This document shows positions 10,632 to 19,920 of a DNA stretch of 64,000 nucleotides, one piece after another. Under the pieces are notes generated by a model that was not told the DNA's origin, did no database searches, and was given only the letters and a program-made list of their open reading frames with translations. The translations under genes were made by a program, and so were the position numbers. Position 1 is the stretch's first letter. The number at the start of each line of letters is the position of its first letter. The DNA is from Albugo candida (taxonomy: Eukaryota): NCBI GenBank assembly GCA_040437565.1, contig JBDOQK010000027.1, forward strand, positions 124,001 to 188,000, read 5' to 3'.

Positions 10632-11159
10632 TTAGGTCAAATTATAAATAATTTCAACGTCGTATGCCAATTTCTCGCATTCTCTCTTGTTACATGCACT
10701 GATCGTATCCGTAAGTGATATCATTCCAAATTTACTACAGGTACGAGAGTAACAGTAAGGTTTGTGATGAACGAAGCGATCGAAGATGCTACCGAGGCAC
10801 AGACTGGTGTTAGACATTGTACCGAGAGATAAGAACGTTGTAGACAAAGGGTTGTGTATTGGCGAAGAAAACTATGCAGAAGTGGCTTTAAGTGAGTGAC
10901 CGTGTCATATCTGTTCATTTCTTTACATCGTGCTGAGCAAATTCCATATTCGGAAGTAAGTCTTAGAACTGGGAAAGTCAAATTGCCCCACAAGACATTT
11001 ACCCACTTGTCAATTGATACCGCTTTAAATGTTATTTAAATGTTATTAGAAGACTCAGCATCTATCCATCAAGTCGGAGTCTTATTTCAGATCTTTTTTA
11101 TTGAATGTATACATATTTTAAGCGCAAGGAGAGAGAGACAGAAGTGTGCGATAATGCAT
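10632..11159 (-). pseudogene. Possible decayed small secreted Cys-containing (CCG/CHxC-like) effector gene
   Basis: ATG at 11159 is followed by a frameshifted hydrophobic stretch (MHYRTLLSL../LLALKICIH), a broken 'C-x-x-x-LITFKAV' segment, then 'GICSARCKE'. Multiple stops and frameshifts. Weak. Confidence 0.2.
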
Positions 11160-11339
11160 TGTGTTAAAAAGTAAATTACAATTATACTCGCTACAATTGC
11201 ATTATTTTTCTAATAGCTACGTCTTCCTTGCAGCAACCGATCCAGCTGGGTCCGAAGCTTTTGATTGTCGTAAGCAAGTTCTACCAGCTTTGCTCTAGAC
11301 GTTTCACTTCACGAGAATCTTCAAAGAACTGGCATTCTT

Positions 11340-12030
11340 TCGTAAAAATGAGCTGCTGGGTGATGAGCCACGACACATTCTTGTCCACATTGAATACTTG
11401 AACTTCCGGTATTGTCGTAATGAGGACGAGTGCCGGAGGTTTGGGATGGAATCGACCAAGTAGGATTTGATACAGCAATATTCGGGCCACGTCCTGCTGG
11501 GTGATGAGCCACCGCACATTCGTTTCGAACTTGATTACTTGAAGGTCCGGTGTTGTCGTAATGAGAACGAGTACAGGAGGCTTTGGACGGGGTGGACCAA
11601 GTAGTATCTGACTTCGCATTTTTCGGGACATGTGCTGGTGAGTGATGAGCCGCCGCATTTCTAACACTTCTCTATCGACCTTGATTATTTGAACTCCCAA
11701 TAATGCCGCAATGAGGAGGAGTGTCGGAATCTTCGTACGGAGTCGGACAAGTAAGTTTTGGAACCGTGATATTCGGTAGTGTGGTGCTGCCGTAATGAGG
11801 GCGAGACCCCGAGGCTTGGCTCGAGGTGTACCGAGTAAATTCTTCTTTCCCGCCCTTTTGGGATATGTACTGGCGGGTGATGAGACACCGCACATGCATC
11901 TCAATCTTGCTTCTTTGGATTCTTGACCTTGGCGTAATCAGAGCTGATGGCGAAATTGTTGGACGGAGATAGTAAAGTAGAACCTTTGAATCTAGAAATG
12001 TGCGCGTGGGTAATGAGCCACCGCACACTC
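11340..12030 (-). repeat. Degenerate ~141-bp tandem repeat (about 5 units) encoding a 47-aa His/Pro/Ser-rich unit, interrupted by stops and frameshifts
   Basis: On the + strand 'tgatgagcc' recurs at 11361, 11502 and 11643 (spacing 141), with variants at 11878 and 12011. A second motif 'gtaatgag' recurs at 11417, 11558, ~11708 and 11792. The minus strand reads 'ECAVAHHPA...TWSxPS..SxTRxHYDNTGxSSxQ'. Confidence 0.8.
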
Positions 12031-12927
12031 CATCTTCAATTCTTCACGTCCAACTATTTCTTCCTCCATAACTGCTTCGTATGCTCCATGCTGTTTTCTC
12101 GAATTTATCGCTTCTTCATTGAGGTGGCGATTACATACTGTAATTTTGCTTGTTTTCGTTCAGTTTTGTCAGAGCACGGTCGCGATCCACCTTTAGCTTC
12201 AATTCCTTGTCATAGAGATATCGCATCTCATCATCCGAATCTCCACAGCTTGATCGTAATGAGTCGATTGGCATCATCGTATTGGACAATCTGTTGCTGA
12301 CTTCGTCCGACGTTCGGACTAGCTCTGCATTCCTCCTTCGCAAAATAAGAGCATTCGGCGAGCATTGCCAGTTTTTCTTGTCGAGGAGTAGCAGCTCCAG
12401 TCTCACACATAGAGTAGCCTCCACCGACACGCCTCTTGTATGTCAGCGTCATTGCACTGCTTCTTGGTATTCCAGAGGCTGAATGTTTCATTCTTCTTTG
12501 AGCTGATGAGGTGAAAATCGCCAGAATAGAAGGAAAGTGAGGAGGACTCATACACATTCTGAGCTTTGCTAGTTTCTTGACAAGATTGTGCGATGCTTTA
12601 TGCGCCTCAACAGAAGAGAAGAGCTGAGTGGAAACCAATGCACCGACGCGGGTGAAGTTGCACAAGGTGCAGTCGTTGTGTTACAAACATCGGGAATAGA
12701 TTCTCATGTCGAGCTTTCAGGAATGCTCATGATTCAGCATTAGACGCTGGGATTTCGTAGTTTAAATGATAGCGAGGTTGATGGTCACCTTGACATCTGA
12801 GTCAAAATAATCTATATTTAGGCCAGANNNNNNNNNNNNNNNNNNNNNNNNNNNNNNNNNNNNNNNNNNNNNNNNNNNNNNNNNNNNNNNNNNNNNNNNN
12901 NNNNNNNNNNNNNNNNNNNNNNNNNNN

Positions 12928-13175
12928 CTCTCAAGTGTGACGATAGAGTCCGCAAAGGACGTGTACAGCATTGCGTGAAGATGAGCATGAATGATTGGAA
13001 ATTCGTGCAATAGCATTGCTGAGGATGATGTGTAGATACGTATCGTCTTGCTGTCACCGTACGCTACCGCAAAGCACTCTTGAATCGCATTGCGAGATAC
13101 ATTAACGACGAAACGCGCTTCAGAATCATGTACTGGGCTTTTAAGAATATGAGCACGTAAAAACAAAGATTTCAT
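12928..13175 (-). CDS. N-terminal fragment of a hypothetical protein, possibly HPS3 (BLOC-2)-like; runs into a scaffold gap
   Basis: ATG-started frame 'MKSLFLRAH...FAVAYGDSKTIRIY...LHAMLYTSFADSIVTLE' resembles the HPS3 N-terminal beta-propeller pattern (..LxYSxxGDYLVAIE). The continuation is hidden by gap 12828-12927. Confidence 0.3.
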
Positions 13176-14247
13176 TGCATGAATATAGAGTTATTACACG
13201 GACTGATCAGATCAAGCCAAGCCATTATTTAACAAAGTCGAATGTTCTCATCAATAACGCTTGCCTCCTTTTCTATACTCTTTAGAGGCTTTCACGAGTT
13301 GGTGTACTTGAGAGCAGATGCACATGCGTGAAACGTGCGCACTTGGCCATTCACGTCCATACTACAGACAGTATTGCTCAGGAGGTCCCATTGAGACGCT
13401 TTAAGATGATGCGGTAAACCAACTATTAAAGCGTATTGTTGGTTGAGAGTTGACATTGCTTTGGTTTGAATAATTGGATATCGCAGCATATGACTGACAC
13501 CGACTGCGCTCCTTTCAGTTTTTGGTGCGATCAAATATAGTAACCTGTTGCATTTCATCGAATACCGCGCTGAAAGTGTGATAACAAGCCTTCCTATAAT
13601 ATTTCTGGTTCAGATTCCATTGATAAACTCACAGTAGAGGTGAGCGTTAGTTCATTGATTGTATCGAGTGGGTCATATGATTGCACTGGATATAGTAGTC
13701 ATAACAATTGCTCTGATACCCCTCAAACGACCTGACTAATACCCGATTGGCTGACTCCATACTTTTGTTGAAGACGCGATGTGTTATGTAGAAGGCCATG
13801 TACATAGATAGTAGAAGCATGAAAACAGCAGTTCGACACAACGATCAAAGGCCCTAGAAGATAATAATTTATCAGTATAACTGTCGGCCGAAGCGAGAGT
13901 ACTGATTATCACCAATTACCTTTGCTACCGAAGACAAACAGAGCCATTACGAAGTGTTCGACCGCATCGATTAGAAGCCATCTAGCGAAGTCGATGCGAC
14001 ATCAGCAGCATGGGAATTCAACGACCATGTTTCGAAAAGGATCAATTCGTAATATTACCCCTGCATCTCCAGACACCTTCAAAGACCGTATTGTGAGTAC
14101 GAAGTGAGAAGAAAATCGATAGAGTATGTACAATGTCTGATACATCGACAAAGACCAAGCAATTAGTGTCAACTCCGTCGAACCTATATCTACAAATCTA
14201 CCCAAAAGACGAGCTAGAAATTTATTGGATCGTTTAAGAACGCACAT

Positions 14248-14640
14248 ATGTATGCAACAAGTGAACTGTTGATGAGAATCGCCAAATATGGCCTCTTTCA
14301 GCGAGAAGAAAATAATTGGATGAGGACAAGAGATACTAAAACATTCGACTTGGTGTATATCCTCTCGGATGCTGAACTATTCTGCTACCACACGCCAAAA
14401 GTACTAAGTGCCTTGCCACTAAAAACGCAATGTGAAATGCGCGGACATTTCGAATTGTACAAGTGATAAAATGATACGGTTGCTTTGAACTGTGATAACG
14501 CATTTGCGCGGTCTTTCCACCGAAATGATAAGGTTTTAGAATTTAGTACAGGTAAGCTTCGTGATGTACACCCACATGACCGCAAAAGTCATTTTATCTT
14601 GCCCAAGAGCATATTTCCAATGAACGTAGGTACAAAGTAG
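14248..14640 (+). other. Possible PH-domain-like coding fragment or pseudogene
   Basis: 'RIAKYGLFQREENNW...LVYILSDAELFCYH' resembles PH beta1-beta3, but an in-frame stop follows at 14464-14466. Confidence 0.25.
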
Positions 14641-14691
14641 TCATTTATATGTATATATTATAGAACAGATATTTACGAGTATTTCATCCAG

Positions 14692-16950
14692 CTATAATGC
14701 CCACAAACAAGATCCGAAACTTAATGCCACTAAAAATATCTTTGTTCGCGGCATATTTCCTTTGTTCGACTTCAAGTTTGCTGTTTCAGTAACGCCATCC
14801 TTCTTACCGTTGTTTTCTCCACATGATTCTCCACTTCCACAATCAGACGATGTTTCAGCTTTTTCATCCTTATCGAAAGCTATGTCGTTCAAATCATTTT
14901 CCGCGGACTTATCTTTTGCTTCACTTTCAGAGGATCCACTCGCTTCAGACGATGAGCTGTTCTTGGGTGTCCCTAGCCTTTTCTTCGTCACCTTGGTAGC
15001 CATCTGATTCGGCTTGGTATTTGGACATTGAAGCCGAGCGGCTGCTGGACATTTGATGCTTCCAGAACCTTCACTAGCCCAGGTGAATGCACTCAGCTTG
15101 GGAAAAGCTGCCGGGCATTCAGACGTTTGCTGCCGATTTGCCTCGATTGAGAACGAATCAAAATTCGGCTCACTGCTTGTATCGGTTGATTTGTATGCGT
15201 CTGCAAGAAACTCAAAATTGGGCATCTCATTATATACGCAAGGGACATTTATATCGTCGCAATTGGCCGGAGAAAAATATCCCAGTCCATAGTTTTGTGG
15301 TCCAAACTTGGTGAAAGGATATGGAGAAGTTGATCGTGCATTTGCCATTTCGGTATTATACTCAAACACGAAACCACCATTCAAAACTTTCGTGTATGGG
15401 TCCATGTTCATGAATTTTGCATCATGATGAGTGCGTTGTCCTTCGTATCCATTTACGCTCGGAAAGGCTGGTGACAAGCATCCAAACTCAGTAAGAATAA
15501 GAGGAACTGAATAGTTGAGAGTGCTGAGATCTTGAGCTAAATTGTTGAAGCCAGTAGCCAATTTCGGATCTGCAATGTCATCGCATTGAATATAAACGTT
15601 CAAGCCGTACCATTCGACATTTTCTAGATCATCTGACGGATCTGTTCGGCAATTATAATACTGAGCATTCTCTTTGCGATGCGTATCAGCCATAACTACC
15701 CCGACAGGGATTTGACGCATAGTAGGGCAAGACTTGATGTACGCACGCATGTCACGAATGAATTTTTTCTGACAAGGAGCATTCCATTCTGGGCCATTGC
15801 TTCCAACTCGATGATTGATTTCATTACCCCCGCTGAAACCAACAACGTTGTCGTATTTTGCAAAAGCCTGAATGATTCGCTCCCCTCTCTCCTTGTAGGA
15901 AGCTGTGTAACAGTCTGGAGCCTTTTTAGCTGTTATCTCGCATCCCTCACAGCTTGAGCCTAACTCCACCATGACGTAAATTCCTTNNNNNNNNNNNNNN
16001 NNNNNNNNNNNNNNNNNNNNNNNNNNNNNNNNNNNNNNNNNNNNNNNNNNNNNNNNNNNNNNNNNNNNNNNNNNNNNNNNNNNNNNTCCAAACTCAGTAA
16101 GAATAAGAGGAACTGAATAGTTGAGAGTGCTGAGATCTTGAGCTAAATTGTTAAAGCCAGTAGCCAATTTCGGATCTGCAATGTCATCGCATTGAATATA
16201 AACGTTCAAGCCGTACCATTCGACATTTTCTAGATCATCTGACGGATCTGTTCGGCAATTATAATACTGAGCATTCTCTTTGCGATGCGTATCAGCCATA
16301 ACTACCCCGACAGGGATTTGACGCATAGTAGGGCAAGACTTGATGTACGCACGCATGTCACGAATGAATTTTTTCTGACAAGGAGCATTCCATTCTGGGC
16401 CATTGCTTCCAACTCGATGATTGATTTCATTACCCCCGCTGAAACCAACAACGTTGTCGTATTTTGCAAAAGCCTGAATGATTCGCTCCCCTCTCTCCTT
16501 GTAGGAAGCTGTGTAACAGTCTGGAGCCTTTTTAGCTGTTATCTCGCATCCCTCACAGCTTGAGCCTAACTCCACCATGACGTAAATTCCTTCCGCTTGT
16601 AAGGCACACATGAAAGCATCGTGATCTTGGGTCGGGTCGACAGCATACAGACGGATAGAATTCGCTCCCAAAGCAGTGAATTTTGGCAAATCTCGCTGCC
16701 ACATATGGCTGTAATTGCTTGTGAAGAAGTCAAAGTTGTTGATATCCAAGCTGCCAGCATTCGGGCGCGGGTAATAGTTCACACCACTAAATGCGAAGTA
16801 ATCCCCTGAGACAGAATCGAAGAATCGATAACCTTTAACCACAAGCGGATTGGTGCTGGAAGCTGTCGTGTTTTCATCACCCGAAGTTGCAGCTGGATAC
16901 ATGGTCAATGCACCAGCTCCAAGAGCCAGCAATTGAGTATACTTGACCAT
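14692..16950 (-). CDS. GH72 beta-1,3-glucanosyltransferase (Gas/Gel-like), secreted and probably GPI-anchored; true length about 550 aa after removing the assembly duplication
   Basis: Signal peptide; 'FSGVNYYPR', 'RDLPKFTALGANSIRLYAVDP..HDAFMCAL...GIYV', 'FSGGNE', 'YGLNVY', 'PLILTEFGC', 'GGFVFEY'; Ser/acidic linker and hydrophobic C-terminus. Sequence is repeated at a 606-bp offset across gap 15987-16086. Confidence 0.93.
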   Translation of the reverse strand: MVKYTQLLALGAGALTMYPAATSGDENTTASSTNPLVVKGYRFFDSVSGDYFAFSGVNYYPRPNAGSLDINNFDFFTSNYSHMWQRDLPKFTALGANSIRLYAVDPTQDHDAFMCALQAEGIYVMVELGSSCEGCEITAKKAPDCYTASYKERGERIIQAFAKYDNVVGFSGGNEINHRVGSNGPEWNAPCQKKFIRDMRAYIKSCPTMRQIPVGVVMADTHRKENAQYYNCRTDPSDDLENVEWYGLNVYIQCDDIADPKLATGFNNLAQDLSTLNYSVPLILTEFGXXXXXXXXXXXXXXXXXXXXXXXXXXXXXXXXXXGIYVMVELGSSCEGCEITAKKAPDCYTASYKERGERIIQAFAKYDNVVGFSGGNEINHRVGSNGPEWNAPCQKKFIRDMRAYIKSCPTMRQIPVGVVMADTHRKENAQYYNCRTDPSDDLENVEWYGLNVYIQCDDIADPKLATGFNNLAQDLSTLNYSVPLILTEFGCLSPAFPSVNGYEGQRTHHDAKFMNMDPYTKVLNGGFVFEYNTEMANARSTSPYPFTKFGPQNYGLGYFSPANCDDINVPCVYNEMPNFEFLADAYKSTDTSSEPNFDSFSIEANRQQTSECPAAFPKLSAFTWASEGSGSIKCPAAARLQCPNTKPNQMATKVTKKRLGTPKNSSSSEASGSSESEAKDKSAENDLNDIAFDKDEKAETSSDCGSGESCGENNGKKDGVTETANLKSNKGNMPRTKIFLVALSFGSCLWAL

Positions 16951-16982
16951 GCTTTGATGTACGCTACTTGTGAGGCGTAAGC

Positions 16983-17002
16983 TGGGTGAATGAAAATGAA
17001 AA
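16983..17002 (-). promoter_or_regulatory. Oomycete initiator (INR)-like element upstream of the GH72 gene
   Basis: Minus strand reads TTTTCATTTTCATTCACCCA, ~35-50 nt upstream of the ATG; it contains the TCATTY core of oomycete core promoters. Confidence 0.35.
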
Positions 17003-17258
17003 GTGGCTACTGTAGCCTATCCAGAGGTGACCGTTTCCGGGCTCTGGATACTCCATCATATATTTCGCGAAACGATCCTATATATATTGCATTTTGCTGA
17101 AATTAGACCTACAAATGCATTTCCAGACGCAAGTTTCGTAACGCTGACATGATGTAACAGACAAATTAACGAAGTCGATTATCCGCGTTGAACAATCGTA
17201 GTCAGACCATCCGACCAAAAATCCATATACGACAACATATTATTTATATTCACGACAT

Positions 17259-18407
17259 TTATACACTCAACATGTTACTACGCATCAAAGCACGCATTGA
17301 CCACCCGGTGCGGATCCCACGACCATCGTCCGAGTGGCGCCATGACCAAAAGAAATACCCACCACGAGCTGTTTTGAAGGACTGTAGCATCGTTTGACCA
17401 AAGTTTTTGTATTCAGAAATATCGTTGAATGGGGCAGACTGCTCATGGGTGCCCATGCTCCATTCACTGATAGTTAGCGGATTACCTTGCCAGTTACGAA
17501 CGGCATTTTCATAATTTGCGGCTGCCTGTATTATTTGACCTTCCGTTTTACCTTCATAACCCCATTTGTAATATGGATGCCACTCATGCCACACATTTGG
17601 TGCATTTTTCATAAAGTCTTCATAATATGGACTACGCTGTTCGCTCAACATCGGAGCGGTCACCAACACGCACGTATTTCCTGATGCTCGGATCATATTC
17701 AATGTTCGTGTGAAATAGCTTCGAACCACGTCTGGTTTGGTCGGGTATTCAGGCTCATTCATCATTCCCAATCCCAAAAATGCAGGAGAATTTTTGTACC
17801 TGTCGGCCAAAAAAGTAGCAACTTCTATCGAGTTTTCAACGTTAGAAGGGTTATCACTCCATTGAGCTTTACCCTGAACAGGTGTAGCGCTGTGATCTCT
17901 TCCATTTTGTGAGCCTCGATGTGCATGAAAGCTTATGAGTACAGCGACATTGTGTTTGTTGGCCCAATTGAAGATCAAATTGTCCAAATACTTGAGTCCT
18001 CCCGGTGCAAATATAGAAGGCTTGGCGTCGGAGTCTTTTATCCAATATCCCACTGGGACACGAACACAATTGAGACCACGACCTGACAACTCTCTAATAT
18101 CTTCCTCAGTTATCCATGTGGCCCGATGCTCTTCAAATCGACCATCTCCTTTGTCGTGCCCCAAAAAGTTCATTGTTGCATGTTCTCCTTGCAGACGGAT
18201 AGCTTCTGGTACATCTTTCCAAATCACCGAGTCGTATGTCATCCAGTATTCCGCTACGAGCCATCCTCCAAGGTTGACGCCTTTTACAGCAACGCTGCCC
18301 CGGCGAATGGCTTCCTGTATATGTTGTCCATTTACATCTGCACAATTGAAGCAGAAGATGGTCCATACGAGTGATGTGAACTTGAACCGAGTCATCCTCA
18401 TCATCAA
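17259..18407 (-). CDS. Secreted GH5 exo-beta-1,3-glucanase (glucan 1,3-beta-glucosidase)
   Basis: Signal peptide; 'KGVNLGGWLVAEYWM', 'HRATWITEED', 'GLNCVRVPVGYW', 'HAHRGSQNG.DHS', acid/base 'MNEP', nucleophile 'ISEWS', 'FFWSW'. Confidence 0.93.
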   Translation of the reverse strand: MMMRMTRFKFTSLVWTIFCFNCADVNGQHIQEAIRRGSVAVKGVNLGGWLVAEYWMTYDSVIWKDVPEAIRLQGEHATMNFLGHDKGDGRFEEHRATWITEEDIRELSGRGLNCVRVPVGYWIKDSDAKPSIFAPGGLKYLDNLIFNWANKHNVAVLISFHAHRGSQNGRDHSATPVQGKAQWSDNPSNVENSIEVATFLADRYKNSPAFLGLGMMNEPEYPTKPDVVRSYFTRTLNMIRASGNTCVLVTAPMLSEQRSPYYEDFMKNAPNVWHEWHPYYKWGYEGKTEGQIIQAAANYENAVRNWQGNPLTISEWSMGTHEQSAPFNDISEYKNFGQTMLQSFKTARGGYFFWSWRHSDDGRGIRTGWSMRALMRSNMLSV

Positions 18408-18410
18408 GAT

Positions 18411-18427
18411 ATCTCAAGAATGAGAAC
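18411..18427 (-). promoter_or_regulatory. INR-like element just upstream of the GH5 gene
   Basis: Minus strand reads TTCTCATTCTTGAGATA, immediately 5' of the ATG cluster. Confidence 0.35.
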
Positions 18428-19920
18428 TATAATAGTCTTTGCGAAAATCTTGATCATGCGAAAAATCCTGGAATTAGCTTCTATCTTGCTGGACCATAGT
18501 TGACAGGTGATCTGAATGGATTTTTCTTTGGAAGGATTTTGTCCAACCGTCAGAGCTTACCGAACAACGTTGGACAAACTTTACGCAACCCAGCTTTCTG
18601 AATGGCTTGGTTGACGACAGAAGCGTGGAGGAAATCTGTATTTTAGTATTGCCAATCGTTTTTGAGCTAATTTTGTCGTGAGGAATAGTGGGTTGACTCC
18701 AGTAATTTGGCTGTGACTTGGACGTTATGTGCATGTTACTACAGCTGCGATGAAATGGGACAGGTGTTAAAGAACACGGGGCTTCGAGCATTTAGTTGAA
18801 GTCTCCGAGAAAATGTTTCGCAAAAGAATCAAGTAAAGCGACATGTCAAATTAAGGGTTGATACTCTACCCGTGGCAATCCAGATACACTGGAGTGATAG
18901 GTTGATAACTGCACTCGAATTTTAACGTTGCATCAAATTCGTGCTTCGTGTATAAGGAATGCCGCAAACTCTATCAGAAAAGTCAGCGTTTGGATGATAT
19001 TTGGCACAACACATTCCGTCAATCGGTCATTTGTAACGTTTTTTGAGCGAATGCAGTACAACTATGAACTATTGATTTTGTCGTCCAAATCGCAGGTCCG
19101 AAATGAATACCGCTGCAGTCACTATTCCATTGAGGCAAACATGTGATTGAGGAAGGTGTTTGTTTGTATGATGAATATTTAGCTCTTGTCCCTCATTTGT
19201 AAAGATCTGTGCGTAACATGGCCATACTCTAACGCTTAGAGTAGTCTTCTTACGGAGTAGTAACTAAAGCAGCGACGTGATGGATGCGTTACTGTACCAG
19301 GATTTCTGTCGCAATTTTAGCTCTCATTAGCATAAGTTTATGGTTTGATAATTTACTTTTGCTCGCAAACATATCATATTACTGATCGGCTGGTACTAGG
19401 TAAAAGGATGCGATCAAATACGTATGGCACTTGTGACCATTACACTGCAACACATCTATTGTGTTATCCTTTTCGAAACTATTTCCATGCGAGGGTCGTA
19501 AACATCCCGCAAATTTAATTAACAATAATATCTATAAGCTGGCCTTCCCAACCAGTCGCACCCGTGATGGCTTCTATCCGTCGTGCCCACTCTCATAGAA
19601 ATCATGCGTCCGATCGTTTCATAATCGTAATATTAATGTACCAGNNNNNNNNNNNNNNNNNNNNNNNNNNNNNNNNNNNNNNNNNNNNNNNNNNNNNNNN
19701 NNNNNNNNNNNNNNNNNNNNNNNNNNNNNNNNNNNNNNNNNNNNTGTGTTATCCTTTTCGAAACTATTTCCATGCGAGGGTCGTAAACATCCCGCAAATT
19801 TAATTAACAATAATATCTATAAGCTGGCCTTCCCAACCAGTCGCACCCGTGATGGCTTCTATACGTCGTGCCCACTCTCATAGAAATCATGCGTCCGATC
19901 GTTTCATAATCGTAATATTA

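Noticed and set aside
11340-12030. CRISPR-like array or C/D snoRNA cluster (GTGATGA recurs at the unit starts on the + strand)
   Set aside because: The context is eukaryotic with no cas genes, and the 'spacers' are homologous to each other. A D box (CTGA) at the matching position occurs in only one unit and there are no terminal stems.
15481-16592. Apparent internal domain duplication in the GH72 protein
   Set aside because: A near-identical ~500-bp copy lies on each side of a 100-N gap; this is an unmerged contig overlap, not a biological repeat.
18430-19460. Short ORFs upstream of GH5, and similar ones at 38280-39260, 51270-52500 and 58660-59380
   Set aside because: No recognisable domains or consistent splice models; treated as intergenic or unidentifiable decayed sequence.
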